In this document: positions 36,724 to 46,635 of the stretch, piece by piece
How the letters are laid out: every line of letters begins with the position of its first letter
How positions within the stretch are numbered: position 1 is the first letter of the stretch
NCBI GenBank assembly: GCA_964407865.1
Contig: CAYOXC010000001.1
Location: 1,103 to 65,102, forward strand
Reading direction: 5' to 3'
Source of the DNA: an uncultured Gammaproteobacteria bacterium
GTDB lineage: Bacteria > Patescibacteriota > Patescibacteriia > Magasanikbacterales > GWA2-37-8
Length of the DNA stretch: 64,000 nt
Position numbers and translations under genes: made by a program
The notes under the pieces: generated by a model
What the model was told of the DNA's origin: nothing
Database searches by the model: none
What the model saw: only the letters and a program-made list of their open reading frames with translations

Positions 36724-38070
36724 TTGACTTTTATGTCAAAAGAATTGATCGGACAACTTAAAAATTTGAAACACTCTGAAGTTTCTCCTCGACCCGAGTG
36801 GCTAAAGGCCAGCCGGGATGTTCTCATGTCTCAGATTAGAAATACCGTGCCGAGTGAAGAGACGAACTGGCTTGGAAATTTATGGCTTGGCATGTCAATA
36901 CTCTTGCCTCAGAAATTTGTCTTTGGAGTCGTCCGTCCTTTGGCCGTCCTTCTTATAGTTGCTTTGGTAGGGACAAGCGGTTGGATTGCTACTGTAGATG
37001 CTTCTTACGAAGCAATGCCTGGTGATTGGCTTTATCCGGCAAAAAGAATGGTAGAGAAAACTCAGGTAGTTGCCGCGTCTATGGTTGGTGCAAAAAATGC
37101 GAAAACCAAACTTCACTCAGAATTCGCCAAACGGCGTGCTGGTGAAATTAAAACTGTGGTAAAAATCAATGATCCTAAAAATACTGTCAGAATTGCCGGT
37201 GTAGTTAATGATTTAAAAAATGAAATAATCAGCGTTAACTCCAATCTAGATGAAATTAAAACCGAACAGGGTGCCGGCGCAGTAGCCAAGGAAGTGCAAA
37301 AAGACACAGACCAGATAAATAGCGTTTTAAATGAAATTAAAGAAGACTTAAGTGCGACTACTACCGAAGAGGCTGCTACAATAAGTAAAAATCTCACTGA
37401 AGCAAAAGAGCTGACCAAAGACGCCACAGTTAAAGTGGTGGAAGTTTTAGTAGCAAAACACCAGGATGGAGAAATATCCAAAGAGGATTTAGTTGACGCT
37501 ATTGATGCGACTATGGTGACTGCGGTAGCTGAGGCCAATGCTAAAAAGCAAACGATTGATACTGTTAAAACAGTGGTTGATGCCATGGCTGGTTTGAAGT
37601 CAGCGGTTGCCACAAGCACTGAAACAGAAAAAATCGATACTGCTGTAACGCAGACCAATGAGGCTGCGACTAAGGTGGGCGAGGCGGTTAATGAGCTTAC
37701 CAGCAAGGCGACAGCCATAAAAAATTTAGTGGAGAGCGGAAATTTAACTGAAGCTGTTAGCGTGGTTAAGGAAGCTACTGAAACCACCAAAGAAGTGGAA
37801 AAAATACAGGACAGTTCAATTAACGCCGTCCAGCAGATTCTTTCAGCACCGGCGATAAACCAGTTCAATTTTCAAGTTAATGAAGCCACCCTAAATGCCA
37901 GCTCTACAGAATCGGTTACGGTAATTGTTGTAACAACAACAGCAATGAGCGAGCCGGGTAAATTGCCATTTTCAATTACTGTTACAACAACGCTGACAAG
38001 TCAAATTGCTACCGGCACAGTGTTAAGCGCAACAACCACGCCGGTTTCAACAAGTTCGATAATACGTTAA
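36724..38070 (+). CDS. Putative anti-sigma factor-like membrane protein
   Basis: Short cytoplasmic N-terminus, a single transmembrane helix (VVRPLAVLLIVALVGTSGWIA), then about 330 aa of Ala/Thr/Glu/Lys-rich helical sequence. The function is assigned from position and topology only. Confidence 0.45.
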   Translation: MTFMSKELIGQLKNLKHSEVSPRPEWLKASRDVLMSQIRNTVPSEETNWLGNLWLGMSILLPQKFVFGVVRPLAVLLIVALVGTSGWIATVDASYEAMPGDWLYPAKRMVEKTQVVAASMVGAKNAKTKLHSEFAKRRAGEIKTVVKINDPKNTVRIAGVVNDLKNEIISVNSNLDEIKTEQGAGAVAKEVQKDTDQINSVLNEIKEDLSATTTEEAATISKNLTEAKELTKDATVKVVEVLVAKHQDGEISKEDLVDAIDATMVTAVAEANAKKQTIDTVKTVVDAMAGLKSAVATSTETEKIDTAVTQTNEAATKVGEAVNELTSKATAIKNLVESGNLTEAVSVVKEATETTKEVEKIQDSSINAVQQILSAPAINQFNFQVNEATLNASSTESVTVIVVTTTAMSEPGKLPFSITVTTTLTSQIATGTVLSATTTPVSTSSIIR

Positions 38071-38272
38071 ATTGTTTTTCCTGCTTTTAAGGCAATTTTT
38101 TTCTTAAAAGCAGGAGAGGGAATTTATTTGTTTAGTAGGTCTTTGTAAAGGTCGAGGGATCATATGGTCTCGCATAGATCATTGTGAAGCGGCTTAGCAC
38201 CGCGCAATTCTCTTCAGAGGATATTTTCCTCGAAAGAGGATTGTGGCGATGTAATAGTCGCACAACTCTGAT

Positions 38273-41200
38273 TTGGTTGACGATTTTTTAGGCGGTTATC
38301 CGTCAAAAGAAACGCGCTTCCTGTCAGGGTATATCATATATTTAATTATGTACAACGTTATCAAAAGAACTTTTACCTTTAGCGTTGTTGTGACGACCAT
38401 TTTATGGTCGGTCGGCGTGGCGGCTTTGATTCCGTCAGTAGCCGAGGGCGCGGTTTGTCCGACTCTCGTTGCTGGCGATATGATCAAGGTTACCGGCAAG
38501 CCGGCAATCTACGCGATGCGCAGCGACCTCAAGGTTCTGTATTTCCCTTCTGGTGATGAGTTCAAGTCATGGAGACCGACCTATGGTGGTTATGTTTCCA
38601 TTACTCAAGAGTGTTTTGATTCACTCCCAGTGCCGAGTAACTACCCGGCTGCTGTGAACTATCATCCAGGCTCATATCTTATTAAACGACCGTCATCTGA
38701 TCAGCTTTATGTTGTTCAGCCGAATAACACCAAAGCCAGAATTTCACAGAGTTTGGCTGATATTCTTTATGGATCGAACGCTTACACTGACGGTGTTGGT
38801 GCAAAAGTCATGACTGTGTCTGATGTTTTTTGGCCTCATTATATAACTGATGCGGCTGAGATCACCACAGCCACGGTGCACCCAGGCATGTTGTTCAAGG
38901 TTGAAGGCCAGGCTGCTACCTGGTATGTTGATTCTGACAACAAGCTTCGCGAAGTTTCTGCAACTGGCTTTACCGCCAATCAATTCCAGCAGAGATTTGT
39001 CCGCAGCGTTCCCGCTTCAGCCATCACCGGCATGACCACTGGTGCCATGCTTGATGCCGAGGTCCCATCAATTGTGGATAAGACTCAAAGCGGTGGCATT
39101 ACTACCACCCCGTCTGCCCAGGGCACTTTAACAGTTGCTTTGGCTGCTGACACTCCGGCTGCTATGAGCGTGCCAAAGAATGGCACACGCGTTCCGTTCA
39201 CCAGAGTCGTTTTGACCGCTGGTAGCGACAGCGCAATCAATGTGGATGTAATTACTGTTAAGAGAACTGGTTTAAGTGATTACACCGTGTTTTCTGGTGT
39301 TGGCAGCGTCTGGGCTGAGAAGAATGGCGTTCGCGTCTCTTCACAGTCTGACATGAACAGCACCGATGAGGTCAATTTGACATTCTCTCCGGTTCTTAAC
39401 ATTCCGGCCGGCACTTCAGTCACTTTGGAAATCGTTGCTTCTTTGAACAACGGCGCCGGTAATGCCGCTCTCGGCATTGCTGCTGCTTCCGCTGTTTCAA
39501 CCGGTGGCACCACCGTTGGTGGTTCCTTCCCGGTTATGGGCAACTTGATGGCCTTTGCTGATTACAGTGTCGCTACCGCTATGGTTGACTGGAATACAAC
39601 TACCAAGACTCCAAAGGTAGCTGATACAGCTGCCGATCTTGGTGAGTTTACTGTTCAGCAAACTGCCACAGTATCCAAGGATGTCATTTTTAAGAGTATT
39701 ATAATTAAGAACACCGGTGTTGAGGATATGGATGTTGCTTTGACCAATGTATATTTGGAAAAAGCTGGCGCCCAAGTTTCTTCATATGGTGTGATCGATG
39801 GCCGCTATATCACCTTCAACTTAAATGGTGGCGGACTCTTGATCGAAAAGGGAGATACCCTTTACTTCAAGATCCGAGGTGACGTTATGGCCAAAGACAG
39901 CACCACTGACCCGGCCTTCACTTTCTTCGTAAACAAGATCGAAGATGTAGATATTATTGAATCATCTACTGGTTTTGGCGCAGCCGTTACCAAGGATACT
40001 GACACCAATAACGTCAATATTACATCTGGCGCTCTGTCAATTACCAAGAAAACCACTCAGCCGGCTGACGCTGATGTCATTAAGGGTACCACTGGCAATG
40101 TTTCATTGCTTGCCAATATCCGCACTGACGAAGCTATCACTGCTGATGGCGTGAAGATTGGTTGGGAAGGCACTTCAGTGACCTCTTCCTTCCAGAATGC
40201 CAAAGTGTACTTAAATGGTTTCTTGATTGGTACATTTGACCCGGATGCTGATACCAATGCTGGTACTTACGAACTTGAGACATCTGTAACCTTCAACAAG
40301 GGTGACAACGAGCTCAAGGTCATGGTTGACGTCAAATCCACTGCCACTGCTGGCGCCACTATCAAGTTCTTGATCTCTGGTTCCAACTTTGTCAACGGCG
40401 AAGCTCCGGAATATGTTGCTTCAGGCAATCCGGTGAATCCAGCCGATGTCAATGGCAGCCCGATCGGTGCTATTATCACTGTTGAGGGTGCTGGTTTGAC
40501 TATTTCCCGCAATGATGGTTTTGCCGAAGATCGTCAGGTCGTTCATGGCACATCAGATGTTGTCTTAGGTAAATTCAATGCCAAAGCTACTAGCGATCAG
40601 GTGACTATCACTTCGGTTGAAGTAGCGGCCAATAGCGGTGCAACACCTCAAAATGCTGACACCTCTATCTATGACATGAAGATTTACGTTGACGGTGTCC
40701 AGGTTGGTTCAACTCGCGATTTCAACTCAAGCGGCGCTTCTTTCTCTGGTCTAAGTGTGATCATTCCGAAAGATGCTGTTAAGTTGTTTGAAGTGAGAGC
40801 TTCCTTTGACACTGCCGCCACCGGTTCTATCAAAACCGTCCTCACCTTTAACGGCCAAGACAGTCTCGGTAAGTCCTTAACTGGCGTTACCGGTACGACT
40901 GTTCAGAGTCTCGTTATCGGTCAAGGCGTTTTGACCTCCACTGTTGGCGCAGATACCCCGGAAGAGGCTATCATTCTCGCCAAGACTGGCGTTGAATATT
41001 CTGTTGCGACGTTTAAATTAACCTCGCAATATGATCTCGCCAATGTTACTGAAATTAGCGTGATGAATACATCAACTAATCCTTCAGACGCGAGAATTTC
41101 AGCTGTTACACTTTATGATGGCAGCACACTGTTAGGTACTGATTTCTTGGTCAACGGTACAACGACCGTGAAACTCAGCACTAACAGTTTGATAATCCCT

Positions 41201-41818
41201 GCCAATGGTTACAAGAATGTAACCTTAAAGGTCAGCTTGAACCCGATTAGTTCTGTTGAACAGAGCAGCACCACGGTCAGAATGCAGTTGACTTCACTCA
41301 AGTTCAAGGGTTCTGCCGGATCTGAGACTGTTCATACCCCAAGCACTGCCTTGGTTGGTAAGAATATGCAGATCAGAAAGACCAGACCGGTCTTTGCCGG
41401 TGTCTCTATCGGTACAACCGGTAGCCAGAGTACTGAAGAAGAAGTGCTTAAATTCACTGTCACCGCAGATACAAATGAAGAAGTTGTCATGGACAGCTTG
41501 ACATTTGTAGCGGTTGGCACTGCATCTGTCACCAACTACAAATTGTATGTTGATGGCGTTGAGAAAGCTACAGCTAGCGGTACCCCTGCCTTTACTGGTT
41601 TGGGAACCACTGTATCTGTTGCTGCTGGTCAGACCAAGACCTTCTCGGTCCGCGCCAACACCTCAGCTGTTGCAGTAGATGCGACCTTCGGTCTCTCCTT
41701 AGAGAAAGGCGTTTCCAATGGAAATATTACCTGGGCCGAATACTTTGTCGGTGGTAATAATCCTGGTGATGCAGAATTCCTGTACACCTTGCCGATCTCG
41801 AACACCAAGAAATACTAA
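38273..41818 (+). CDS. Large secreted Thr/Val/Gly/Ser-rich beta-type surface protein (S-layer or adhesin candidate) with GC3-rich codon usage
   Basis: Signal peptide at MYNVIKRTFTFSVVVTTILWSVGVAALIPSVAEGA, giving a likely start near 38348. The rest is about 1,150 aa with no Cys-rich repeats. Codons are biased to C/G-ending (ACC, GGC, GTC, TTC, AAG), unlike neighbouring genes. Confidence 0.75.
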   Translation: MVDDFLGGYPSKETRFLSGYIIYLIMYNVIKRTFTFSVVVTTILWSVGVAALIPSVAEGAVCPTLVAGDMIKVTGKPAIYAMRSDLKVLYFPSGDEFKSWRPTYGGYVSITQECFDSLPVPSNYPAAVNYHPGSYLIKRPSSDQLYVVQPNNTKARISQSLADILYGSNAYTDGVGAKVMTVSDVFWPHYITDAAEITTATVHPGMLFKVEGQAATWYVDSDNKLREVSATGFTANQFQQRFVRSVPASAITGMTTGAMLDAEVPSIVDKTQSGGITTTPSAQGTLTVALAADTPAAMSVPKNGTRVPFTRVVLTAGSDSAINVDVITVKRTGLSDYTVFSGVGSVWAEKNGVRVSSQSDMNSTDEVNLTFSPVLNIPAGTSVTLEIVASLNNGAGNAALGIAAASAVSTGGTTVGGSFPVMGNLMAFADYSVATAMVDWNTTTKTPKVADTAADLGEFTVQQTATVSKDVIFKSIIIKNTGVEDMDVALTNVYLEKAGAQVSSYGVIDGRYITFNLNGGGLLIEKGDTLYFKIRGDVMAKDSTTDPAFTFFVNKIEDVDIIESSTGFGAAVTKDTDTNNVNITSGALSITKKTTQPADADVIKGTTGNVSLLANIRTDEAITADGVKIGWEGTSVTSSFQNAKVYLNGFLIGTFDPDADTNAGTYELETSVTFNKGDNELKVMVDVKSTATAGATIKFLISGSNFVNGEAPEYVASGNPVNPADVNGSPIGAIITVEGAGLTISRNDGFAEDRQVVHGTSDVVLGKFNAKATSDQVTITSVEVAANSGATPQNADTSIYDMKIYVDGVQVGSTRDFNSSGASFSGLSVIIPKDAVKLFEVRASFDTAATGSIKTVLTFNGQDSLGKSLTGVTGTTVQSLVIGQGVLTSTVGADTPEEAIILAKTGVEYSVATFKLTSQYDLANVTEISVMNTSTNPSDARISAVTLYDGSTLLGTDFLVNGTTTVKLSTNSLIIPANGYKNVTLKVSLNPISSVEQSSTTVRMQLTSLKFKGSAGSETVHTPSTALVGKNMQIRKTRPVFAGVSIGTTGSQSTEEEVLKFTVTADTNEEVVMDSLTFVAVGTASVTNYKLYVDGVEKATASGTPAFTGLGTTVSVAAGQTKTFSVRANTSAVAVDATFGLSLEKGVSNGNITWAEYFVGGNNPGDAEFLYTLPISNTKKY

Positions 41819-41860
41819 TCTTTGATTAGTCTGACTTGGAGAGCGTAAGCTCAAATAAAA

Positions 41861-41895
41861 TTCCCCGGCCCATGGCCGGGGAATTTTATTTTATG
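41861..41895 (+). terminator. Strong rho-independent terminator
   Basis: CCCCGGCC-CATG-GGCCGGGG followed by AATTTTATTTTAT. Confidence 0.7.
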
Positions 41896-42015
41896 CTTTC
41901 AATTTTATAAATTTAACCGTTGCATCATTTTATGAATCATTATACTTATCCACAGGTTAATATTAAAATTAAAAAAAATTTAATGTATAATTAATACATT
42001 GAAGGCGGAGGGGGA

Positions 42016-42049
42016 TAAAAAACCATGCGTTATGTCGCACGGTTTTTTG
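42016..42049. terminator. Candidate bidirectional terminator in the convergent spacer downstream of cysS
   Basis: A6-CCATGCG-ttatgt-CGCACGG-T6. The stem carries one G-U pair. Confidence 0.4.
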
Positions 42050-42163
42050 TTAGTATAATTAAAATTTTATAATTTTTAATTTTGTAAATAATTTTTTAAT
42101 GCTTAAATTTTTAATGTTTAAAAATTAAGATTTATTTAAAAATTATAAAATTAAAAAATTATC

Positions 42164-43534
42164 TCAAGTTTTTAGCTTGGCTTTCGTCCCTTCCGCCGTA
42201 TCCATCACCTCGTATCCCATTTTAACTATTTGGTCCCTGAGCCTGTCACTTTCCGCCCAATCTTTATTCTGACGAGCTTTGTCGCGTTCTGTAATTAATA
42301 TATTTACTTTATTCGGCAAATCATTATCTTTTTTAGATAAGCATATTTCCAAACCCAGTCCCAAGACTCCGTCAAATTCAATTAGTATTTTTTGACTAAT
42401 GGATTTTTCTTTTACCGCTTGCCATAAAATAGACAGCGCTTTGGGTGTATCAAGATCATTGTTTAGGGCTGAATAAAATTTATTTTTTACAAGGGCGGCG
42501 GTTTTTCTATCAACTACAAGAGTTTGTCCCAGACTGCATAAATGTTTTAATCCAGTCTCAGCAGCTTTAAGCGCTTCAAAACTGAATTTTAATTGTTTTC
42601 TATAATGTGTTTGTAAAAGCAAATAGCGATAGGCCAGGGGACTGTATTTTTTTTCTTGTAAATTGTGAAGAGTGATAAAGCCGCCTTTGGATTTAGCCAT
42701 TTTTTTATCACCCATAGTCAGAAATTCATTGTGCATCCAATAGCGAGCCGGTATTACGCCATCAGCTGCTTCTGTTTGCGCTATTTCGTTGGTATGATGC
42801 ACTGGAATGTGGTCTATTCCGCCGGTATGGATATCAAAAGGAAGTCCCAGATACTTTTTAGACATAGCCGAGCATTCTATGTGCCAGCCGGGGAAACCAA
42901 CGCCCCAGGGACTATCCCATTCCATTTGCCGCTTCTGAAGCTTGGGTGATAGTTTCCACAGGGCAAAATCGCTATGATGTCTTTTGCCGTGCGCGTCAAT
43001 TCTTGCTCCGGCGCGCAATTCTTGTTTTTTGAGGCGAGCCAAAATGCCGTAATTATTTAATTTGCTCGTGTCAAAATATACTCCGTCGGCAGTTAGATAG
43101 GTAAAACCTTTTTTTTCAAGTTTTTTAACCAGCTTGATTTGTTCTTTGATGTGATCAGTCGCTCGGCAGATTATTTCCGGTGTTTCAACGTTAAGATCAG
43201 CCAGATTTTTTATAAATGCCTTGGAATAAAAATCGGCTATTTCTAAAGCAGTTTTTTTCTCTCTGGCCGCGCCCTTTTCTATTTTATCTTCTCCTTCGTC
43301 AGCGTCGCTTGTCAGATGGCCGACATCTGTAATATTCATAACCTGTTTAACCTTATAGCCATCGTGGGTCAAAATCCGGCGAAGAATATCCCAGGTAATA
43401 TAGGAGCGCAAGTTGCCAATATGGGCGTAATCATAAACAGTCGGACCGCAGACATAGAGGCCAACTTTTTTGTTTTTTATCGGTTTAAAAATCTCAACCT
43501 TGCGCGATAGTGTATTGTATAGTTTGAGAGGCAT
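42164..43534 (-). CDS. cysS: Cysteinyl-tRNA synthetase
   Basis: HIGN motif ([19 protein letters not shown]) and KMSKS motif (KMAKSKG). The likely start is [12 protein letters not shown] at 43534; the ORF-track start is 43606. Confidence 0.9.
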   Translation of the reverse strand: MPLKLYNTLSRKVEIFKPIKNKKVGLYVCGPTVYDYAHIGNLRSYITWDILRRILTHDGYKVKQVMNITDVGHLTSDADEGEDKIEKGAAREKKTALEIADFYSKAFIKNLADLNVETPEIICRATDHIKEQIKLVKKLEKKGFTYLTADGVYFDTSKLNNYGILARLKKQELRAGARIDAHGKRHHSDFALWKLSPKLQKRQMEWDSPWGVGFPGWHIECSAMSKKYLGLPFDIHTGGIDHIPVHHTNEIAQTEAADGVIPARYWMHNEFLTMGDKKMAKSKGGFITLHNLQEKKYSPLAYRYLLLQTHYRKQLKFSFEALKAAETGLKHLCSLGQTLVVDRKTAALVKNKFYSALNNDLDTPKALSILWQAVKEKSISQKILIEFDGVLGLGLEICLSKKDNDLPNKVNILITERDKARQNKDWAESDRLRDQIVKMGYEVMDTAEGTKAKLKT

Positions 43535-43690
43535 AGCTTCACGTATTTTATACGATTTTATAGCTATTATCAATAGAAGGACGTTTGTGGTATAATAAAA
43601 ATGCAAATATTTGTTTATTATCTTAATAAATTTCTATTTTTGAAAAATTGTTTAGGATTTAGGAATTAGAAATTAGAATTTTTTAATAAT

Positions 43691-44845
43691 ATGTCTCTAT
43701 TTTCAAAGCCAAAAGCTTATCTGGGCATAGATATGGGCGCTGGCGGAATTAAATTAGTAGAGCTTAAAGAAGACAAAAAACGTCCTGTTTTGTTTACTTA
43801 CGCACTTTCTTCAGAAGCTCAGGATGTACACCGTCTGCTTGCTGCGCGGGCCGCCTTGGCTCCGGATGCAATACAAATTGACAAAAAGGAAAATATTCGA
43901 TCGGAAAAAAAGTCAACACCAGCCGTAGACGCATCTGCTGAGAGGATTGAACAATACGCCGGCGCGCTGAAAGCCACTATGGATGCCGCCAAGGTTCAGT
44001 CCAGAATAGCCGTAGGCTCTCTGCCTGTGTCCGCCGTCTTTAATTCAATCGTTACTATGCCCAAAGTGGAACAAAAGGAATTTTTAGGCATACTCAAAGC
44101 TGAAGTCAAAAAACTCCTGCCTTATTCTATTGATGAAATGGTTCTAGATTATCAGGTACTGGAAGATTTTTCCACGGAAAAAGTTAAAAAAATCATGGTT
44201 AGCGCTGTACCAAAATCAATTGTTGAATTTTATTCCAAAGTTTTTCGGCGTGCTGGATTGACCCTAGAATCGCTTGAGCCAGAATCAACCGCCTTGGAGC
44301 GTTCCCTTATCGGGCGAGACAAAGCTGTAACCATGCTTGTCGATATGGGAGCTGAACGCACTAATTTGTTTATTATTGACCAGTCAGTGCCGATTACTAA
44401 TAATTCTATTGAATCAGGCGGTAATAAAATTACCAGAATTTTAATGAATTCACTTGGTGTGGAAGAAAAGGAAGCCACTCAGATAAAACACGATCTTTTC
44501 AAGCGAGCGCAAAACCCTGGCAATGACGCACTTGATCGCAAAAATTTTATCAATTTAATCATGCCGGTAATTGATCCGATTATCAAGCAGATTGAATACA
44601 GTTTTGGTATTTATTTAAATCAGACAGGAAATGAAAATAAAAAACCGGAGAAAATAGTTCTAACCGGAGGCGCTTCAATGGTGCCTTATTTTGCTGATTA
44701 TTTGTCAGAGCACTTCAAAATTAAATGCTACTTAGGTGATCCTTGGGCCCGGGTAGTTTATCAGGATAAATTAAAGCCAGTCTTAAATGAAATTGGTCCA
44801 CGAATGTCTGTGGCCATAGGTTTGGCTTTAAAAAACCTTGTTTAG
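43691..44845 (+). CDS. pilM: Type IV pilus assembly ATPase-fold protein PilM
   Basis: Actin-like N-terminus YLGIDMGAGGIKLVELKEDKKR and LTGGASMVPYF near the C-terminus. Confidence 0.8.
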   Translation: MSLFSKPKAYLGIDMGAGGIKLVELKEDKKRPVLFTYALSSEAQDVHRLLAARAALAPDAIQIDKKENIRSEKKSTPAVDASAERIEQYAGALKATMDAAKVQSRIAVGSLPVSAVFNSIVTMPKVEQKEFLGILKAEVKKLLPYSIDEMVLDYQVLEDFSTEKVKKIMVSAVPKSIVEFYSKVFRRAGLTLESLEPESTALERSLIGRDKAVTMLVDMGAERTNLFIIDQSVPITNNSIESGGNKITRILMNSLGVEEKEATQIKHDLFKRAQNPGNDALDRKNFINLIMPVIDPIIKQIEYSFGIYLNQTGNENKKPEKIVLTGGASMVPYFADYLSEHFKIKCYLGDPWARVVYQDKLKPVLNEIGPRMSVAIGLALKNLV

Positions 44846-44847
44846 TT

Positions 44848-45249
44848 ATGGTTAAAGACGCAAAAGGCAAGAAACCGCAGATACTCTTAGTTGAACCAGA
44901 TGTTTTCTTGGCTGATATTTACGAAAAAAATTTATTAATGGAAGATTTTAGAGTAGTAAAAGTTGGCAGTGGTGAGCGAGCTTTGTCTTTGCTTAAAACA
45001 AAAGATATTAATTTAGTATTATTATCATTGAATTTGCCTAAAATGAACGGTTTTGAGGTGCTTGAGTTGATTAAAAATGACCGCAAAACACTAGGTTTGC
45101 CGGTCATTATACTGTCCAAGCTTGGAGCCAAAGAAGATGTTGATCAAGCAAGGTTATTAGGGGCCGACCAATATATTATCAAGGCCCACTTTTACCCTTC
45201 GGATATTGTGGATAAAGTTAAAAAAATTCTATTACAAAAAATGCAGTAG
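44848..45249 (+). CDS. CheY-like receiver domain lacking the phospho-acceptor Asp (pseudo-receiver)
   Basis: Receiver-domain fold with the conserved Lys (GADQYIIKAHF) and Ser/Thr (IILSKLG). At the position of the phosphorylatable Asp, hhhhDxxMP, the sequence reads NLVLLSLNLPKMNG, with no Asp. Confidence 0.65.
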   Translation: MVKDAKGKKPQILLVEPDVFLADIYEKNLLMEDFRVVKVGSGERALSLLKTKDINLVLLSLNLPKMNGFEVLELIKNDRKTLGLPVIILSKLGAKEDVDQARLLGADQYIIKAHFYPSDIVDKVKKILLQKMQ

Positions 45250-45306
45250 TGTGCTATTATAATTGCATATTTTAGCTATATTTTTAACATGAGGGGAGGT
45301 GACAAT

Positions 45307-45753
45307 ATGAATAAAAAAGGTTTTACTTTAATTGAACTCTTGGTGGTAATTGCCATTATCGGTTTATTGTCAACATTGGCAGTTGTCGCGTTGGGTTCAG
45401 CAAGACAGAAAGCTCGCGATTCAAAGCGTTTATCTGATCTTAAACAGGTTCAGACCGCTCTTGAGCTTTATTTCACGGATAATAACACCTATCCTACAAG
45501 CACCGGTATAACTTTGGGCGATGTTGACCACAAATGTCTTGGTTCCAATGGATTTAATGCCGCAGGTTCGTGCGCAGGCACAATCTACATGGGGTTAGTT
45601 CCAGCAGAGCCGACACCATCAGCACAAGGCTACACATACAATGGCTCCTCAACATCCTATTCAATTAGCGCAGTGTTAGAGGGTTCTATTAACGATCTAA
45701 CTGCAGGCGATATCATCGCTACACAAAACGGTATTCAGAATGCGACACCGTAA
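45307..45753 (+). CDS. Type IV pilin (class III signal peptide)
   Basis: MNKKGFTLIELLVVIAIIGLLSTLAV prepilin leader with the G|FTLIEL cleavage motif. A GGAGGTGA ribosome-binding site lies 5 nt upstream. Confidence 0.85.
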   Translation: MNKKGFTLIELLVVIAIIGLLSTLAVVALGSARQKARDSKRLSDLKQVQTALELYFTDNNTYPTSTGITLGDVDHKCLGSNGFNAAGSCAGTIYMGLVPAEPTPSAQGYTYNGSSTSYSISAVLEGSINDLTAGDIIATQNGIQNATP

Positions 45754-45869
45754 TATTAAGCCATGGCTTAAGCCTCTCCGGTATTTTCCGGAGGGGTTTT
45801 TGTTTAAATTTAGCCGAATGTGCTATAATAATAATTACTAAATAATTAATTTTAGCCAATATTTTTGAG

Positions 45870-46634
45870 TTGGTTATACAATATATTATTGTTTTTATCA
45901 CCGGCCTGACCATCGGCAGTTTTATCAATTGCCTGGTTTGGCGGCAAAATAACAATATGAGAGTGGCTGTTGGACGCAGCCAGTGTCCGCATTGTTGCAG
46001 AAAACTTTCGTGGTGGGAGAATATACCGCTTTTTAGTTATTTTTTTCTCGGTAAACGATGCCGTACATGCAAAAAAAGAATTCCGGCTTATTATCCTCTG
46101 GTTGAATTTTTTACCGGAGTTCTTTTTTTACACGCTTACGCAACAATAATCCAGCACTATGCAAGTGGTTGGATTTTTTTAGTTCGTGAATTGACAATTC
46201 TTTCTGTTTTAATAATAATTTTTTTAAGCGATGTCCTTTATCGGATTATTTGGCCGTCAGTAATATGGTTTGGCCTAATCATTGTTTTGGTTATCAACCT
46301 GTTACTAAAGCAAGATATTTCCAGCATGATAATTGGCTTTTTGGTTGGTGGTGGATTTTTTCTGTTTCAATATCTTGTTTCTAACGGTAAATGGATTGGC
46401 GGGGGAGATGTTCGCATGGGTGCGATGATGGGGGTTTGGCTTGGCTGGCCCTCTATTTTAATTGCTTTATTAATCGCATATTTTGCCGGAGCGATATTCG
46501 GTATTACCATGATATTGATTGGTAAGAAAAAGTGGGCTTCAGCTGTGGCTTTTGGACCGTATTTAGTCATGGCAACATTTTTAGCTCATTATTTTGGCCA
46601 GTCGATTATTCAATATTTGCAGTCTTTCATATAA
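45870..46634 (+). CDS. pilD: Prepilin peptidase (A24 family)
   Basis: TTG start. N-terminal Cys box CPHCCRKLSWWENIPLFSYFFLGKRCRTCKKRI. Six transmembrane helices and a GGGDVRMGAMMG catalytic region. Confidence 0.85.
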   Translation: MVIQYIIVFITGLTIGSFINCLVWRQNNNMRVAVGRSQCPHCCRKLSWWENIPLFSYFFLGKRCRTCKKRIPAYYPLVEFFTGVLFLHAYATIIQHYASGWIFLVRELTILSVLIIIFLSDVLYRIIWPSVIWFGLIIVLVINLLLKQDISSMIIGFLVGGGFFLFQYLVSNGKWIGGGDVRMGAMMGVWLGWPSILIALLIAYFAGAIFGITMILIGKKKWASAVAFGPYLVMATFLAHYFGQSIIQYLQSFI

Positions 46635-46635
46635 T

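Noticed and set aside
36895-37868. 251-aa minus-strand ORF (37113-37868) and 73-aa ORF antisense to the putative anti-sigma gene
   Set aside because: They are low-complexity Ala/Ser/Thr/Val-rich translations of the antisense strand of an Ala/Thr/Glu/Lys-rich gene. The plus-strand ORF has a sensible transmembrane topology and follows the sigma gene.
42665-43510. ORFs 42665-42949 and 43316-43510 (+)
   Set aside because: They are antisense to cysS, which has clear HIGN and KMSKS motifs.
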